Positions 12,791 through 25,399 of a stretch of 64,000 bases of DNA are shown piece after piece. Position 1 is the first letter of the stretch, and each line of letters opens with the position of its first letter. The notes under the pieces are model-generated. The model saw only the letters and a program-made list of their open reading frames with translations. It had not been told where the DNA came from and searched no databases. The position numbers and the translations under genes are program-made. The DNA is from Dicyema japonicum (taxonomy: Eukaryota; Animalia; Dicyemida): NCBI GenBank assembly GCA_011109175.1, contig RDEW01000064.1, forward strand, positions 74,653 through 138,652, given 5' to 3'.

Positions 12791-13879
12791 ATTTTTAGAC
12801 AGGGTAACCAATTAGTATAACACGCGCACATGCAATTAACATAATTTTCTAGTGATGCAGATGTATATATTTCATCGGATTTTTTTGTTATTGATTTTAA
12901 TCTAGCTGTTATCAAAATAATGGATATTCAACTATTTCGGTAACTTCAATCAAGCAGTATTGCTTCAATAACAAGAATTCCCCCTTATTTTATTTTTTTC
13001 ATATGCAGTTCACTATCAAATTATTTTTATACTCCAAGCACAAAATTATTCAAACAAAACAATGTTAACACATCAATCGAAGTAATTCATGAGACTTATT
13101 CCATTTTTGTCCCACGTTTTACCCTCGCGGACATCACTTCATTCTTAAGCGGAATAGTTTTCATAATGCAATCTTCATCAGAGGATTTAGGTCAGGGAGA
13201 AATGTAGGAAGATCCTTTTTAACAACTGTGTCATTCCAGAAGGACTCGTCGTCTCATGGGTGGGATCTGTTTGACAAAAATTGACCTTCGCTGAAACTCT
13301 ATCTTTCGGATTTGAACCCACGACATTTCCATTTTGAATATTTCCGTACCGGCTATTGCTCTATACTTCTTTGTGATATCCACCGAATGGTGTTCTTCCA
13401 TAATGTGTGTGTCCATTCCTTAGATTTTATTTTTTTCACCATCTTAGCAATAAACATTAGTGGTGGTTTATTAAACGATTCAGAGACATCTATTAACCAC
13501 GGATATTCCGAAGGAGTTAATATTTAACAAATACTTAATGTACCCTATTACAATGATTGTATATATGGATTAATTTCCGACGTATTGACTCATTACATAA
13601 TATTAATTTCCAATTGAAATACTAAAAACGTCATTTAGCATTGATAAACCAAATAATATTGCGTTAAAAGTGGAAATAATATTATCTTACTCGGAAATAT
13701 ACAAGTGTCTTCCAATTGATCACTTGCATTAAGACTCATCATTGTAATTTTATTATTTATTTAACCACAAGACCACCAGGAAAAATAGGATTTTAATTTA
13801 AATTTTGTTTAATAAATTGTTTTATATTAATTTATTATAGCAAACTAATGTATTAAAATGCACTATATAAACAATTCAT

Positions 13880-14185
13880 TGAACCATGAATCTCTTATGC
13901 ATGTGGTATATAGGGCCCATTCATCTCTTGGACAAATGTCTTGAAGATCGAGGATATCCGAAAAAGAGCCCCCAAAATCATGGAACGCTGGATTTCTGGA
14001 GAGTTCCAGCCATCAATGTCTCTTGAAGCCTTGATACGAATGAACTATGGAACCCGCCGTCGTGACTGCAAAGGTCTAGTCACTCGATCGATACGCGCTT
14101 GTGTGGGGTCGAGGGAGCATCGAGCCAAGATGCGGTTCCTGCTAGAGCGTGCTGGGATCACGTGATTAGTTAGTAAAATCTAAAT
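13880..14185 (+). mobile_element. LINE 3'-end fragment
   Basis: ORF ends LLERAGIT* followed by TTAGTTAG, matching the GIT* terminus of the LINE at 7385; related ends near 18560, 33080, 35790 (reverse) and 37275. Confidence 0.55.
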
Positions 14186-16462
14186 CTATGTAATAACCCG
14201 GAACGAAGTTCAAGCTGTATTATCGCGTTTTCCATTTCGAAATAACATGTAATAACTTTATATTTTTCCCTCTATGCATTTGGAGACAATTGATCAGTAG
14301 GCTAGTTGTCCCTTTCCCTTTTCAGAATTTCCATTAAAAATTTTACGACCAATCTACCAAAATGTCTTATCCTCCATAAAATTGAATTTTATCAACCAGA
14401 CATAGAATTCAAATTTATTGAACCAGAAAAACATCGTCATAGTCATAATGAAAAAACTCAGGTGATCCCAGCCTACCTCAGCAGTCTTCGCAAAATTGGA
14501 CTTGAAGGAAATGCCGTCCAAGGATAATTTCTTTGGATGGTTGTTGATAATGAAACTTTTTTTAGTAACAATAACAATTTTTTTAACAAAAGAGTTGAGG
14601 AGTTTTTTGGAGGGTATTACTTACGAGTCATACCATAAGGCATAGACTCCACACCAGGACCCTTCCGCTTTTTTAAAAATTTTTTTTGCAGAACGTTTTG
14701 CCCAGTTTTAATTTGTGTCCTGGATCCTTGATCTCCTCCTGAAACTATAGATCCGACCCTTCACAATATTACTAATCAGTTCTAAGCTTGTCTTGGTACT
14801 CTCTTCGGCAGTCTATCAGTTTTTTGATTAAGGAGACTTACTGGCCGGTCGCCTTGTCTGCTCTAGAAGCGATAAGATCTTCTTCTTGTGATCCAAGAAC
14901 CACCCTTCGACCCATAAAGTAGGCTAGGGAGAATAGCTCCCTTGAAGATGAACGGCTAACTTGTAACTTTCGTGAACTTCCTTCTCTCCCTTTCGTCGTC
15001 CATGTAATATCCTGCGTGTCCATAGTTGACCCCCAGATATCTCAGACTCGTGCATTGTTTACTCTCAGAGTGTATTATTGTTTAGGTATTTTTTCATATT
15101 ATTTATTCGGATTTCACATGATTTTTCAGCAGAGTCACTAACAATTCATGCTTAGTAGAGTCAAAAAAGAAGAGGATGAACAGAAACAAACAAAAAATCT
15201 TCAATTCAAGTAGCCACATAAATCGACTCTATCGTTGACGCCACGTGGCCTAGTTGAGTATTAAAATACATAAAATTTCCAATTTCAAGCATTATTGCTC
15301 TGAATAAATTTCACACATTTTAATTTTAAAATATTAACTGATGTGATTGATAAAGTCCGTCTCCTCTTAAAGCCATGCCTACCCCTACATTACGGCTCTT
15401 TGTACTAAATAGTTTGGCTCGTCATGGGATGAGTATTTCATTCCTTAATTTCATTGTTCAAACGTCAAATAAGCAGCATCCCCCAATCGGTTGGATGTTT
15501 ACAAATCCATGGCATCGGGAATTCACTCGACAATGATAATCTTTATATTGGTAATTCATATCGCTTTGGCTTGAGTGTTTATGAGTTATGAGTTACACCG
15601 ATGGCTCTTGGAAGATGATCGAGGATTTTTTCTATTTCAGTCTTAAAATTATCTTCAGCATTTTTGTAGAGGTCAGAGGGTTTGTTTTAGACATTACAGC
15701 TAATTAATGCGGAAATGGAAGATAACCTTAGTGAAAGATCAAGAGACATCTTTAATCATTGGGACAACTCCCACGTCTCATTTATTGAGTCCATTTGTTT
15801 AGTATAACGAGATGTTAGACCTCTGAGTCGACTTAGAAGTAATTTCAGTGCTTACACTCTTATTAATATGTATGTCCCCCTCTTTTTTCTGCCAAATGTC
15901 TTCTTTCTGAAATTTCTACTCAACTCCAATAACCCTATCATTTACAATGAACTCAATTTTTCTGACTCACAATGATATTTGGTTCAGTTCTCAGATACCA
16001 GAGAAGGATATACTTCATGTAGTCAAGCTTTAGGATAGTGTACTGAGTAGTGCAAGTGAAATTTATGAAGAATGATGAGAGTTACCACAATTCCACTATG
16101 AGAGCTGACCAGTAAGTGATCTGTAAATTTAGATATGGCTCATACTCTAAAATTTTGCAAAAATCAATATTTTTTTAGTCAAATGTCCAGATTTTTTCAT
16201 AGTCGCAAGCTGAACCACAATGTGATTCTTATTGATATTTTTATTGCCTCAGAGAAAGTATAATTTACATAAAACCCAAAAGCTACAAAATTTTATCTAA
16301 AATGTGATTTTATTACTTAAATTGGGAAAATCAACAAAAATGGGAGAGTAAAGACCAAGTCCAGATGTTAGTTGTATAATTAACAACTATCCATTTGTTG
16401 AATCCCATAATTAGAAGACCGATTGGGAATAATGAGATCAGAAATAATTTTTGACTTAAACT

Positions 16463-16685
16463 TTGACCGGCTTGACGAGTGACACCGTGGATACTCACTG
16501 GAAAACTGGATTGTCTAGAAAAGACCCACACACGAGAAAAAGAAAAAAAGAAGTGAAGATCATTCTTTGGTTCAACGATTAGTTAAAAGTAACTGTTCTT
16601 TACTTAAATAAAGTGTGTATTCTGCTTATGCAGAGCTATCGATATTATGGCTCTCGTAAAAAGGGTGTTATTATTATTATTATAA
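16463..16685 (+). mobile_element. tRNA-derived SINE family A, 5'-truncated copy
   Basis: Matches the 3' two-thirds of 42123-42438 and ends TATTATGGCTCTCGTAAAAAG...(TTA)n. Confidence 0.8.
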
Positions 16686-16695
16686 TTATAAAAAA

Positions 16696-17284
16696 CTATA
16701 TTGGGAACATGGTTTTCCTGTTTTATGAGAATTTCCTGTATAATTGTGTGGACTGAAGTAAATACAGCTAAAATACTATGGACGGTAATTGCAGTAAGCA
16801 AAATACGAATGCATATGAACCAAGTGAGCCACAGAAATTTTTAGCACATCCTAATTCATAGGTATCAGCCTAAACAACCAACATATTATAGAAATAAAAC
16901 AAATTTGAGTATTAAAATCGTAATATTCTTCTTTTTTGTAAAATTCCTTTACAAACTCTGTGAGGGTATTGCTGTCTCTAGTCGTATTAACAGATAACTT
17001 TTAGAAATTGTAGAGAAGTATTGTCCAATTGTGAGGGTTGGTAATAAACATTTCTTGCTTGATTTTTTAGCTTCTTCTTCAAGTGCATCACTCCAAACCT
17101 TTATAAATTTAGATTTAACAACCATTTTTCTCATATTGCTTCCAGCAGGTTTAGCCTTAGATCTGAAGTAATTATGGGCATCCAAAAGTTCATTTTTTTC
17201 GTATTCAGTAAATGATTGTTGCACTGATATTTATTTAATGCATCAACTTACTTTAACTGAAAGAAATAACAATAATTCAATCAT
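16696..17284 (-). pseudogene. CAP/SCP/TAPS (venom-allergen/CRISP-like) secreted protein with mini-introns, disrupted
   Basis: ELLDAHNYFRS..PAGSNMRKM, a 24-nt intron (17099-17122), then VWSDALEEEA, EYYDF, ADTYELGCA, YCNYRP and GKPCS. Hydrophobic N-terminus MIELLLFLSV; frameshifts in the 3' half. Confidence 0.8.
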
Positions 17285-17579
17285 TGCATCGGTTATTTAA
17301 TTTTGTTTTTTATAAATGTATAGGAAATTAATTTTTGCTGGTTTAATTATTTAGGTTTTTACATAAATAGGAAAATCATCTTTGGTGTGGCGTCATGTGA
17401 TTAACCAGTCTTTGGTGGTGCCCAGTGTCAGGCTGGAGTTATAAAGGATCAGTTGCTCCACTACACATTTCTCCCACGCCAACTGAGAGGTTTCCACAAT
17501 TGAAAGGAATGGAAGTCTTTACATGCTCGTTCTGGATGAATGTGTTTTAAAATGAGATTTTGGAGATTAATTACGATAT

Positions 17580-17745
17580 GAGTAGACGATCCGGTTCCGC
17601 AATGAAGAGTTCACTGCTGATGACGTCACTCGTCAAGCCAAATCATCATAGATGTGTGGAACCTTCAGTTGGAATGAACAGAGGCAAGATTCGAACTAGG
17701 AGCCATCAAGCCTTTTGCCCGGCCCAAGTTATGTTATCCATTCGA
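17580..17745 (-). mobile_element. SINE family A, diverged partial copy
   Basis: Reverse complement contains GTTCGAATC, GAAGGTTCCAC, TTGACGAGTGACG and TGCGGAACCGGAT, as in 42123-42290; another reverse fragment at about 26680-26750. Confidence 0.65.
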
Positions 17746-17929
17746 ATTAAAATCCAATTCTTGGAATGCACAACTGAAGCACTTTTAGAGAGAAAATTTT
17801 TTTTATTTTAAAACCAAGAATCAGCGACAAAATAAAATAAAAGATTGGGGGCCGTCAGGTGATCCCGGCCTCCTTATATTAGGAAATAAGTGTACATCAT
17901 TAAAAATAAATAATGCCGTAATTTTACTT

Positions 17930-18615
17930 TAATTATTTAAAAACAGCATGTGGAACTCCATCTACCTTTTTCCAGTTTATGACGCTTTCTGGAAAACAGG
18001 CTCGTGGTGAATGCAGAGAAGTAGTCTACGTCACTATTTACCTCGGACAAAAGATTGGGAAGGAAGACAGTCACCTTGAAGTTAAACAAGGTCGGCATCC
18101 CTTTCCACAGATGTCAAAGGATCTTGGGTGTGACAATTGATATGCATCTCTGTTAGACACCTCACGTAAAAGACATTCTATTAAAATGCGAGAAGAAACT
18201 GAACGAATTGAAAAGTTTATCGGGAATATGGAAGAGTGGTACTCACCAAGTCTTGATGAACTTGTACAAACAGTATATCGAGCCATGTTTCTCATATGCA
18301 TGCGCTTCGTGGGGACCGTCCATATCTTGGACAAATATGAGGAAAATTGAGGAAATGCAAAAGAGGGCTTACAGAGTACAGAGCGTTGGATTTGTGAAGA
18401 TCATCGACCCGGACCTACGCCTCTGAAGGCCCTTATGAAACTAGACTCCAGATTACGGGAAGTTGGCCCTGAAAATTCAGGCAGCCGTCCTGTACATTCA
18501 TGCGCGGGCACGAAGGAAGAACAACGGGAAAAGATTAGGTCTCTGTTAGAATCATCGGGATCAAGTGATAATTAGTTTTGTTTTACCGTGGTCTTGGGTT
18601 AAATAAATAAAAATT
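17930..18615 (+). mobile_element. Decayed LINE RT C-terminal half and 3' end
   Basis: LYKQYIEPCFSYACASWG resembles IYKQFIRPTMTYASPIW of the 7.4-kb LINE; homologous to 35260-35620; AATAAATAA tail. Confidence 0.7.
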
Positions 18616-18767
18616 AATAAACATGACGTTTTTCTTGCTCTAAAAAACCATTTTCAGTGAAAACTCAATTTTGGTTGTATTTTATACCGAAAAATGCTAA
18701 AATGTACACAAGAGAAAATTTGCAATTAATAATATCTGAAAATTTATTAAAAATTAAAAAAAGTTAA

Positions 18768-20451
18768 TTAAAAATCGGATATAAAAAAGCTTCGAATACG
18801 GTTCTGTTCCTTCACTTCCATCTTAAATTTCTACAATAACAATAAACACTACCTTTCTACTATTTGGGGACATATCCCTTATTCTAACAACATTAACGTC
18901 CTTCCCGCTCTCATTCTCACCACTTACAACCTCTTCACAGGAACCACCCTCAGAGAGTTCCTTACCTACTATTTGGGGACATATCCCTTATTCTAACAAC
19001 ATTAACGTCCTTCCCGCTCTCATTCTCACCACTTACAACCTCTTCACAGGAACCACCCTCAGAGAGTTCCTTACTGGAATCACTCCCATCCACCTTTGGG
19101 GTAGAAATGTTAAGGCCGACAACACTCACGTAGTTAATCTAAAATTAGAAAACTCAATACAGCATCCATATCTCCATCCAGAACCAACTCAAAGTCCCTC
19201 TCAGCATCCTTTAGATCATCCAAAGTTCAGGGGATATAAGTATTCATAAACACTTCATCCAAGTCATAATTTGGGAGGACTTCAAAGTTCATAATCATCT
19301 CCAACTGATCCTCTCCATCACCAAATGTAGGATCTACCACAAAGTCAAACAACTTCCGAATGGTAAGGGTCCCAACATTATTCCTTCGAAAAAAGGCTAA
19401 GATCACAACATGGGGGTACCTGTTACATTCTTACAGTCCATTCTGAGAAAATTCAGGGCATTTGGATGGTCATGTTCAACAGCCTGGGCCACATCAATCA
19501 CATGCATTTGGTCTCCGACCATCCTAAGAGTTATTACGATCCTTACATTATGTTGAATTCACTCAAATCCGCGTGGACCAAATGACACACGTGGTATAAC
19601 TTCCTCATTATGAGAACACACTGCACGTATAGTCTTCGTGCCAATGAACCACCAAGTTGGACCTGCTTCAATAAATGAGCAGGCCAACCATCCTCTCCGA
19701 TGAAGGACATAACAATCACGTGCTCTTTTATGGAGATTGGCTCAGGACAGGGAATTCCTGCCTTGTACATTCTGGTATAAGGGTACAAATCGACCTATTG
19801 AGGTTCCCAAATTCTTTTTCCGCCCACATGGATATACTTTTCCGTGAATTTCCTCGAAATCCCTGTCTGAACCTATACTCCCCCTGCAAGTATCGTTGAC
19901 GGTCCTTGAAGACGAGAATAGAGGTTTTGAAGATCTGCAAGTTAGTGGAAGCAAACCTTAACGGCTAACTGTCGGTTATTAGAGGAGGTGGCATAATACA
20001 CGTTGGCCTCCTTCCCAGTGTTGATGCAACCGTTTATTACAGAGATCATTCGACTTCTGACCAGTTTGTAGAGAATAAGTAGAGTCCGCTGATCAAGGAC
20101 CTGCTCAGAGGTTGCTCGACTGGACTTGTCGCGAGTTCGGTTCGACTTGTTGTTTGGTGAGAAACAATCATCTTCAATAAAGGAGTTAATGCATCGGAAA
20201 GTGTCTAAGATAGTAATTGACTCAAAAACCAGAGCTCAGACTTTGTAGTAGTCCCTTATTGGCTGGTAATGGTGCGCTGCTGACTGATTTTGTGAATTCG
20301 GACGTCTCAGCTGTATAATTCATTAATATTATCACTACCGCTTCCATTAGATACTTCTCGTCCTCGTCAGACTTGCTATAGTCTTTAATAAAGATATTAT
20401 TAAAATACCCTCGTAGAAAATTATCCCACCATCGTCGACACCACCAAGCAT
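18768..20451 (-). pseudogene. RIOK1: RIO1 serine/threonine atypical kinase, 10 exons, with lesions
   Basis: RDKSSRATSEQVLDQRT, GCINTGKEANVY, AVK|[48 protein letters not shown]. Nine GT-AG introns of 22-28 nt: 20383-20408, 20311-20338, 20205-20229, 19935-19956, 19772-19794, 19524-19546, 19397-19419, 19139-19160, 18831-18852. Lesions: frameshift near 20260, in-frame TGA at 19227-19229 (YIP*TL for YIPRTL), shortened basic tail. Confidence 0.93.
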
Positions 20452-20571
20452 CCTTGCTGAAAACTATATTTAAATTTTTATTTATTAAATATTTAAATAA
20501 TAAAATATATTAAAACAAATATTCTTTATCTAAGCAAATATTAATATTAAGAATAACTACTTTATACCCAA

Positions 20572-20740
20572 GTAAGGAATACGAATAAGACATAGTGCAA
20601 TAGAGATGTCGTCACCACCTCAACCAGAATGTAAAGCACTCACGTAAATAAACAACAAATGACAATATTCGTATTCCTTACCGACTTCTCCGTTCACTCT
20701 GGGAACTTTTAATTGCTGAGGACTTAAAAAAATTTTACGT
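20572..20740. mobile_element. Rearranged RTE 5'-end fragment (inverted plus direct pieces)
   Basis: 20572-20627 is the reverse complement of the RTE 5' end seen at 30733-30788; 20666-20735 continues the same element on the + strand. Confidence 0.65.
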
Positions 20741-21412
20741 TCTAGATCCTCGTTCCTGGCCGATTTCGACCTCCCATAGTCACCACCTCAACCAGAATGT
20801 AAAGCACTCACGTAAATAAACAACAAATGACAATATTCGTATTCCTTACCGACTTCTCCGTTCACTCTGGGAACTTTTAATTGCTGAGGACTTAAAAAAA
20901 TTTTACGTTCTAGATCCTCGTTCCTGGCCGATTTCGACCTCCCATAGTCGGTATGGGATCACTTCATTAGGTGGGACATTCATTCTCTATTAGTCGCCAC
21001 TATAATTTATTGTCGTATAGCATCACGTCCGGGTAAAGTATCACGTCCGGGCTGATAAGTCTTACTTATTATTCTAAAACAAATGGTTACCGGCTTCTTT
21101 TTGAAAGAAAAACGAAATTTTTAATTGGGACATTCATTCTCTATTAGTCGCCACTATAATTTATTGTCGTATAGCATCACGTCCGGGTAAAGTATCACGT
21201 CCGGGCTGATAAGTCTTACTTATTATTCTAAAACAAATGGTTACCGGCTTCTTTTCGAAAGAAAAACGAAATTTTTAATTTCGTTCAAAAACATGTTCGA
21301 CGTAGTATGGGACAAAAAAGGAAGACCTTGACATCGGTCTCCGATTTTTAAAGGAAAAACGAAATTTTGTATTTCGTCCAAAAACATGTTCGGTCTCCGA
21401 TTTTCAGATTAA

Positions 21413-21516
21413 TTAGGGTGAATTAAAGAATGGATTAGGGTGTATTAGAGAATGTGTTAGGGTAAATAAAAAAATGAATTATGGTGTACTAGAGAATGGA
21501 TTTGGATGTATTAGAG
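21413..21516 (+). repeat. 22-bp minisatellite (about 4.7 units) containing TTAGGG
   Basis: Units TTAGGGTGAATTAAAGAATGGA / TTAGGGTGTATTAGAGAATGTG / TTAGGGTAAATAAAAAAATGAA and two more degenerate units. Confidence 0.75.
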
Positions 21517-22174
21517 CAGAGCTTTTCAAAAAATAATTCTCGCGACACACTAATTGTAAAAAAAATTATCCACGGCACACATTAAAAAATAAAAAAATTA
21601 ATTTTTTAAGATGTGTAAAACTAATTACAAAAATTGGTAATTTAATGCCCAAATTTTTATTAATAAAAAAATGAATTCTTAATTATTATTGTTTTTGCAT
21701 ATATCATCAATATCAGGTCGAATGGTTAACAAAGGCACACGCATTTCAGCACAAATCCGACGAGAAACAGTGTTATCTGACAAAGGTATCTTCATTATTT
21801 TTTGTTCATATTTATGACCAAACATAGTCCGAGCAATAATACGACAAGCAGGGATTATCAAGTTTTCGCCAATATTGTGAGGTTTTAGTTGTTTTGTTAT
21901 CACTTCTGAGATCAGGTATAAACATTTCAATGATTCCTTTGTGTTTAAAAAAGTTTCACTGAACATCATTTGACTAGATATACGATTCATAGTAAAAACC
22001 AAATAATACTTAAGTTGTTTTTTTCAAATGGATAAAATAATCCACAGAATTTTAGGAATAGTCCGGATGCTTGGAAGTAAAATGTCTCTTTAGTTTGCTA
22101 AGAACCATTGCCAAAAATCCATGCAAATTAGACATTGAGGTAGTTTATTTTTATCTTTGCATATACATCCAAAT
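21517..22174 (-). mobile_element. hAT (Charlie/Buster, ZBED5-like) transposon relic, internally deleted, interrupted by an RTE
   Basis: KPHNIGENLIIPAC...KIPLSDNTVSRRI is fused directly to the C-terminal EMRVPLLTIRPDIDDIC; LPQCLIC zinc-finger start; TIR-like CAGAGCTTTTCAAA at 21517. Confidence 0.8.
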
Positions 22175-25100
22175 TTGGTTAAGGTGGTGACGTCCCTCTT
22201 TGAAAATATGTCTTCTTCGCGCTTAATTACCCGTTGCCCATTCTCTCTTGGTACTTTCAACACTCGAGGCTTGAAGTTCATCACCAAAAACATCAACTCG
22301 CACGTGATTCATCTATCCATGGTGTCAGTATTTGCTGCATTCAAGAGACAAAGATTACAGCATATTCTATTACGAAATTGGATGATTACTACATGATCAC
22401 TTTGGACTCTGACTGCCGACATTATGGTCTTGAATTTGCGGTTCACAGGGATCTTTACGACCGTGTGAAACGCGTATGGACTGTCTCGGATCGTATTGCA
22501 GTCATGCAACTGAAGTTTGGAACAAAGCCCAACTATGTTATTTCTATCATCAATGTTTATGCTCCGACCGCTGTCCGGGCTGATGCCAATCCTGAAGAAC
22601 TTGGTGCATTTTACTCATGTTTGACAGGGACATATGACTCACTTTCGTCGTCATATCTGACGTTTATTGGTGGAGACTGAAATGCCAGAGTTGGTAAAGT
22701 ACGGAATGGGGAGACTTGTATTGGATCACATGCTGAGAATCGTCGAAATTCATCTGGTGTCTCATTGGTTCAATTCTGCGAATCCTACAACTTATTTATT
22801 ACGAACACTGCTTTTGAACACCCGGCAAGACATAAGACTACCTGGACTGGTTCACGAAAGGACAAAAATGGCAACTTGATTAAAATATATAATCAAATTG
22901 ATTATATCTTGTGCAGAAGAAGGAACAAAAACCTAATACGAAACTCGAGATCATACGATGAGCTTGAAACATCAAGTGATCACAAATTGGTGATCACTCG
23001 GTTCTCTTTGGGAAGTTTGTACAAACCTGGAAGATATGGAAAAACGGAATTCGAAAGATTGGATACAGAAACTCTAATAAGCAATGAAATAAAGATGAAA
23101 GAGTATGGCGAAAAACTCAGAAAGGAATTAAGCAAGATGAATACAAACCATAGTGCACAGGATTTGTGGAATGACGTTGGAGTTGCAATGAAGAATACCG
23201 CGTCGTTGGTTTTGGGGACTACTCACAAAAACAAATTCAAATATAACAATGAAGAAATATCATACTTATCTTCAGAACAAAAGAATTTGAGGATTAGAAT
23301 TAATAATTCAAATAAACCGAGTCTAAAAAAAGATCTAAGGATAGTTCGTAACTCAATTTTAACAAAAATCAAAAAACTTCAAAAATATCAAGTAAGAAAG
23401 GAAGTGGAGGAACAGGTCGATGAAATCAAGAAATATAAGAACGGATCCAAAATGTTCAAAGCCATTCGGATTATTAGCAAAAAGAAACGACCAGGGAATA
23501 TTGTTATTCACGACCAACATGAACGATCAGTATTGAATGTTATTGAAAAGGCGAACATAGTCTCTTCACACTACTATGACATCTTTAACAATCAAGAAAT
23601 TGAAAACAATTCTCCAATAACATCAACGGCTCCTCTTAACTGCCCCATTATTAACGCGGAAACTATTCAGGCAATAGGAAAACTAAACTACAGGAAAGCG
23701 GCTGGTCCTGATAATATACCTGCAGAGTTAATAAAATGTGGAACCACTGAATTGGGTGAAATAATCACCATCATACTCAATAAAGCATTTGAAGACATAA
23801 ACGATCTTGGAATTGGGAGAGGATGGCTAATTCTAATACCAAAACCTGGGAAACCTAGAGGTCCCGCAAACAGTCTAAGACCAATAATTCTACTATCGGT
23901 CTTACGGAAAACCCTCTCTATCATTGTATTAAATCGAATCAAAGGGAAAGTCGATAAATTCTTATCGCCTGGACAAAGCGGTTTCAGGGAAAAAAGATCA
24001 ACCGCCGACATAGTTTGGACGCACAAATGGTCTGGCGCTATATGTCAGAAATACAAAAAATGCATAGAAGTTCTGGGGATCGACATGAGTCGTGCATTCG
24101 ACTCTTTACACAGGGGACTACTTATTAACATTCTGAATACATTTCTAGACACCGATGTTGTTAGAATTATTTCCTTGCTCCTAGAAGATACTCACCTAGC
24201 TGTCAAAATCGGAAATACCGCTTCCAATCTTTTTAAAACCACTCGGGGAGTTCCACAAGGGGATTCGTTGTCTCCTATTCTATTTATTATTTATCTTGAG
24301 GCTGCACTGAGGGATTTCAGATTATCCATTAAAGGACAATATTATGAGTTGATTTACGCAGACGATCCGGACTTTGTATCGGATGATTCTGAATTTCTCA
24401 AGTACATATCTTGAGGCTGCACTGAGGGATTTCAGATTATCCATTAAAGGACAATATTATGAGTTGATTTACGCAGACGATCTGGACTTTGTATCGGATG
24501 ATTCTGAATTTCTCAAGTACATATCGAACATCTTCCTAACATTTTCCAAAAATGGTTCTCGAAGATAAACACTGACAAAACGGAATTTACATCATTCAGC
24601 CGTGCAGACGAGACGTGGAGAAGACATAAGAAGGTCGAATCGCTCTTGGGGGACGAGGAAGATGTAGCTCGACGGAAAATCCTTGCATCTGCTGCTTTCA
24701 GAAGCCTATCTAAAATATGGAGTTCGGGAAGAAGACTTTGTGGAAAAATAAAGCTTATGATATACAAATACTTTGTTGTGCCCATTCTAATATATAACTG
24801 TGGGACATGGGGTTTGTCTAAACGGGCAATGGAGTCTATTAACAGTTTCGACCGCAGTATGCTTTGGAAGGCACTTAATATTCACTACAAAATAAAGATC
24901 AAAAACGAACAATTATATAAGTTGAGCAAAACAAAACCATTATCCATGAAAATCAAAAGATCGAGATGGAGACTGTTCGGTCACATTCTGAGGATGGACC
25001 TGGATGTCCAGGCAAATCACGTAATAGATGAATATTTCATAAAAAAAACAAAATCATTTCGAGGAAGGCCAAGAACAACCTTACCTATCACGTTAAATTA

Positions 25101-25284
25101 GGACCTAAAAGCCATAGGCAGGGAGTTGAAAACAATGGATGACCTCTATGAACTAAGAGATCTTGCGAAACGGAGAGGCCTTTGGATGCGATTGATGCAA
25201 AGGGTAGCTGGCAAGGCACAAGGGAACCTTAATTGACTTTTGTTTTTTTATGTGTTCTCGGCAGTGCTAATAATAATAATAATA
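22175..25284 (+). mobile_element. RTE-clade LINE family 1, full length (AP endonuclease + RT), few lesions
   Basis: GTFNTRGL, CIQETK, INVYAPT, GD*NA, NQIDYIL, SDHKLV; RT with DMSRAFDS, GVPQGDSLSP, YADD; FGHILRMD..RGRPRTT; (TAA)n tail; 14-bp TSD ATATWCATCCAAAT (22161-22174, 25285-25298). Confidence 0.95.
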
Positions 25285-25399
25285 ATATTCATCCAAATGA
25301 CAAATAAGAATCTTTATAAGAACGACGAACTGATTTGCCCATAAGCACATTGATGCGCACGTTATTATAAAATTTATAAATAATAATTTCCTCAGTCTT

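Noticed and set aside
19227-19229. TGA as selenocysteine or a reassigned codon in RIO1
   Set aside because: It aligns to a conserved Arg (CGA>TGA), and the same gene has a frameshift and a truncated tail.
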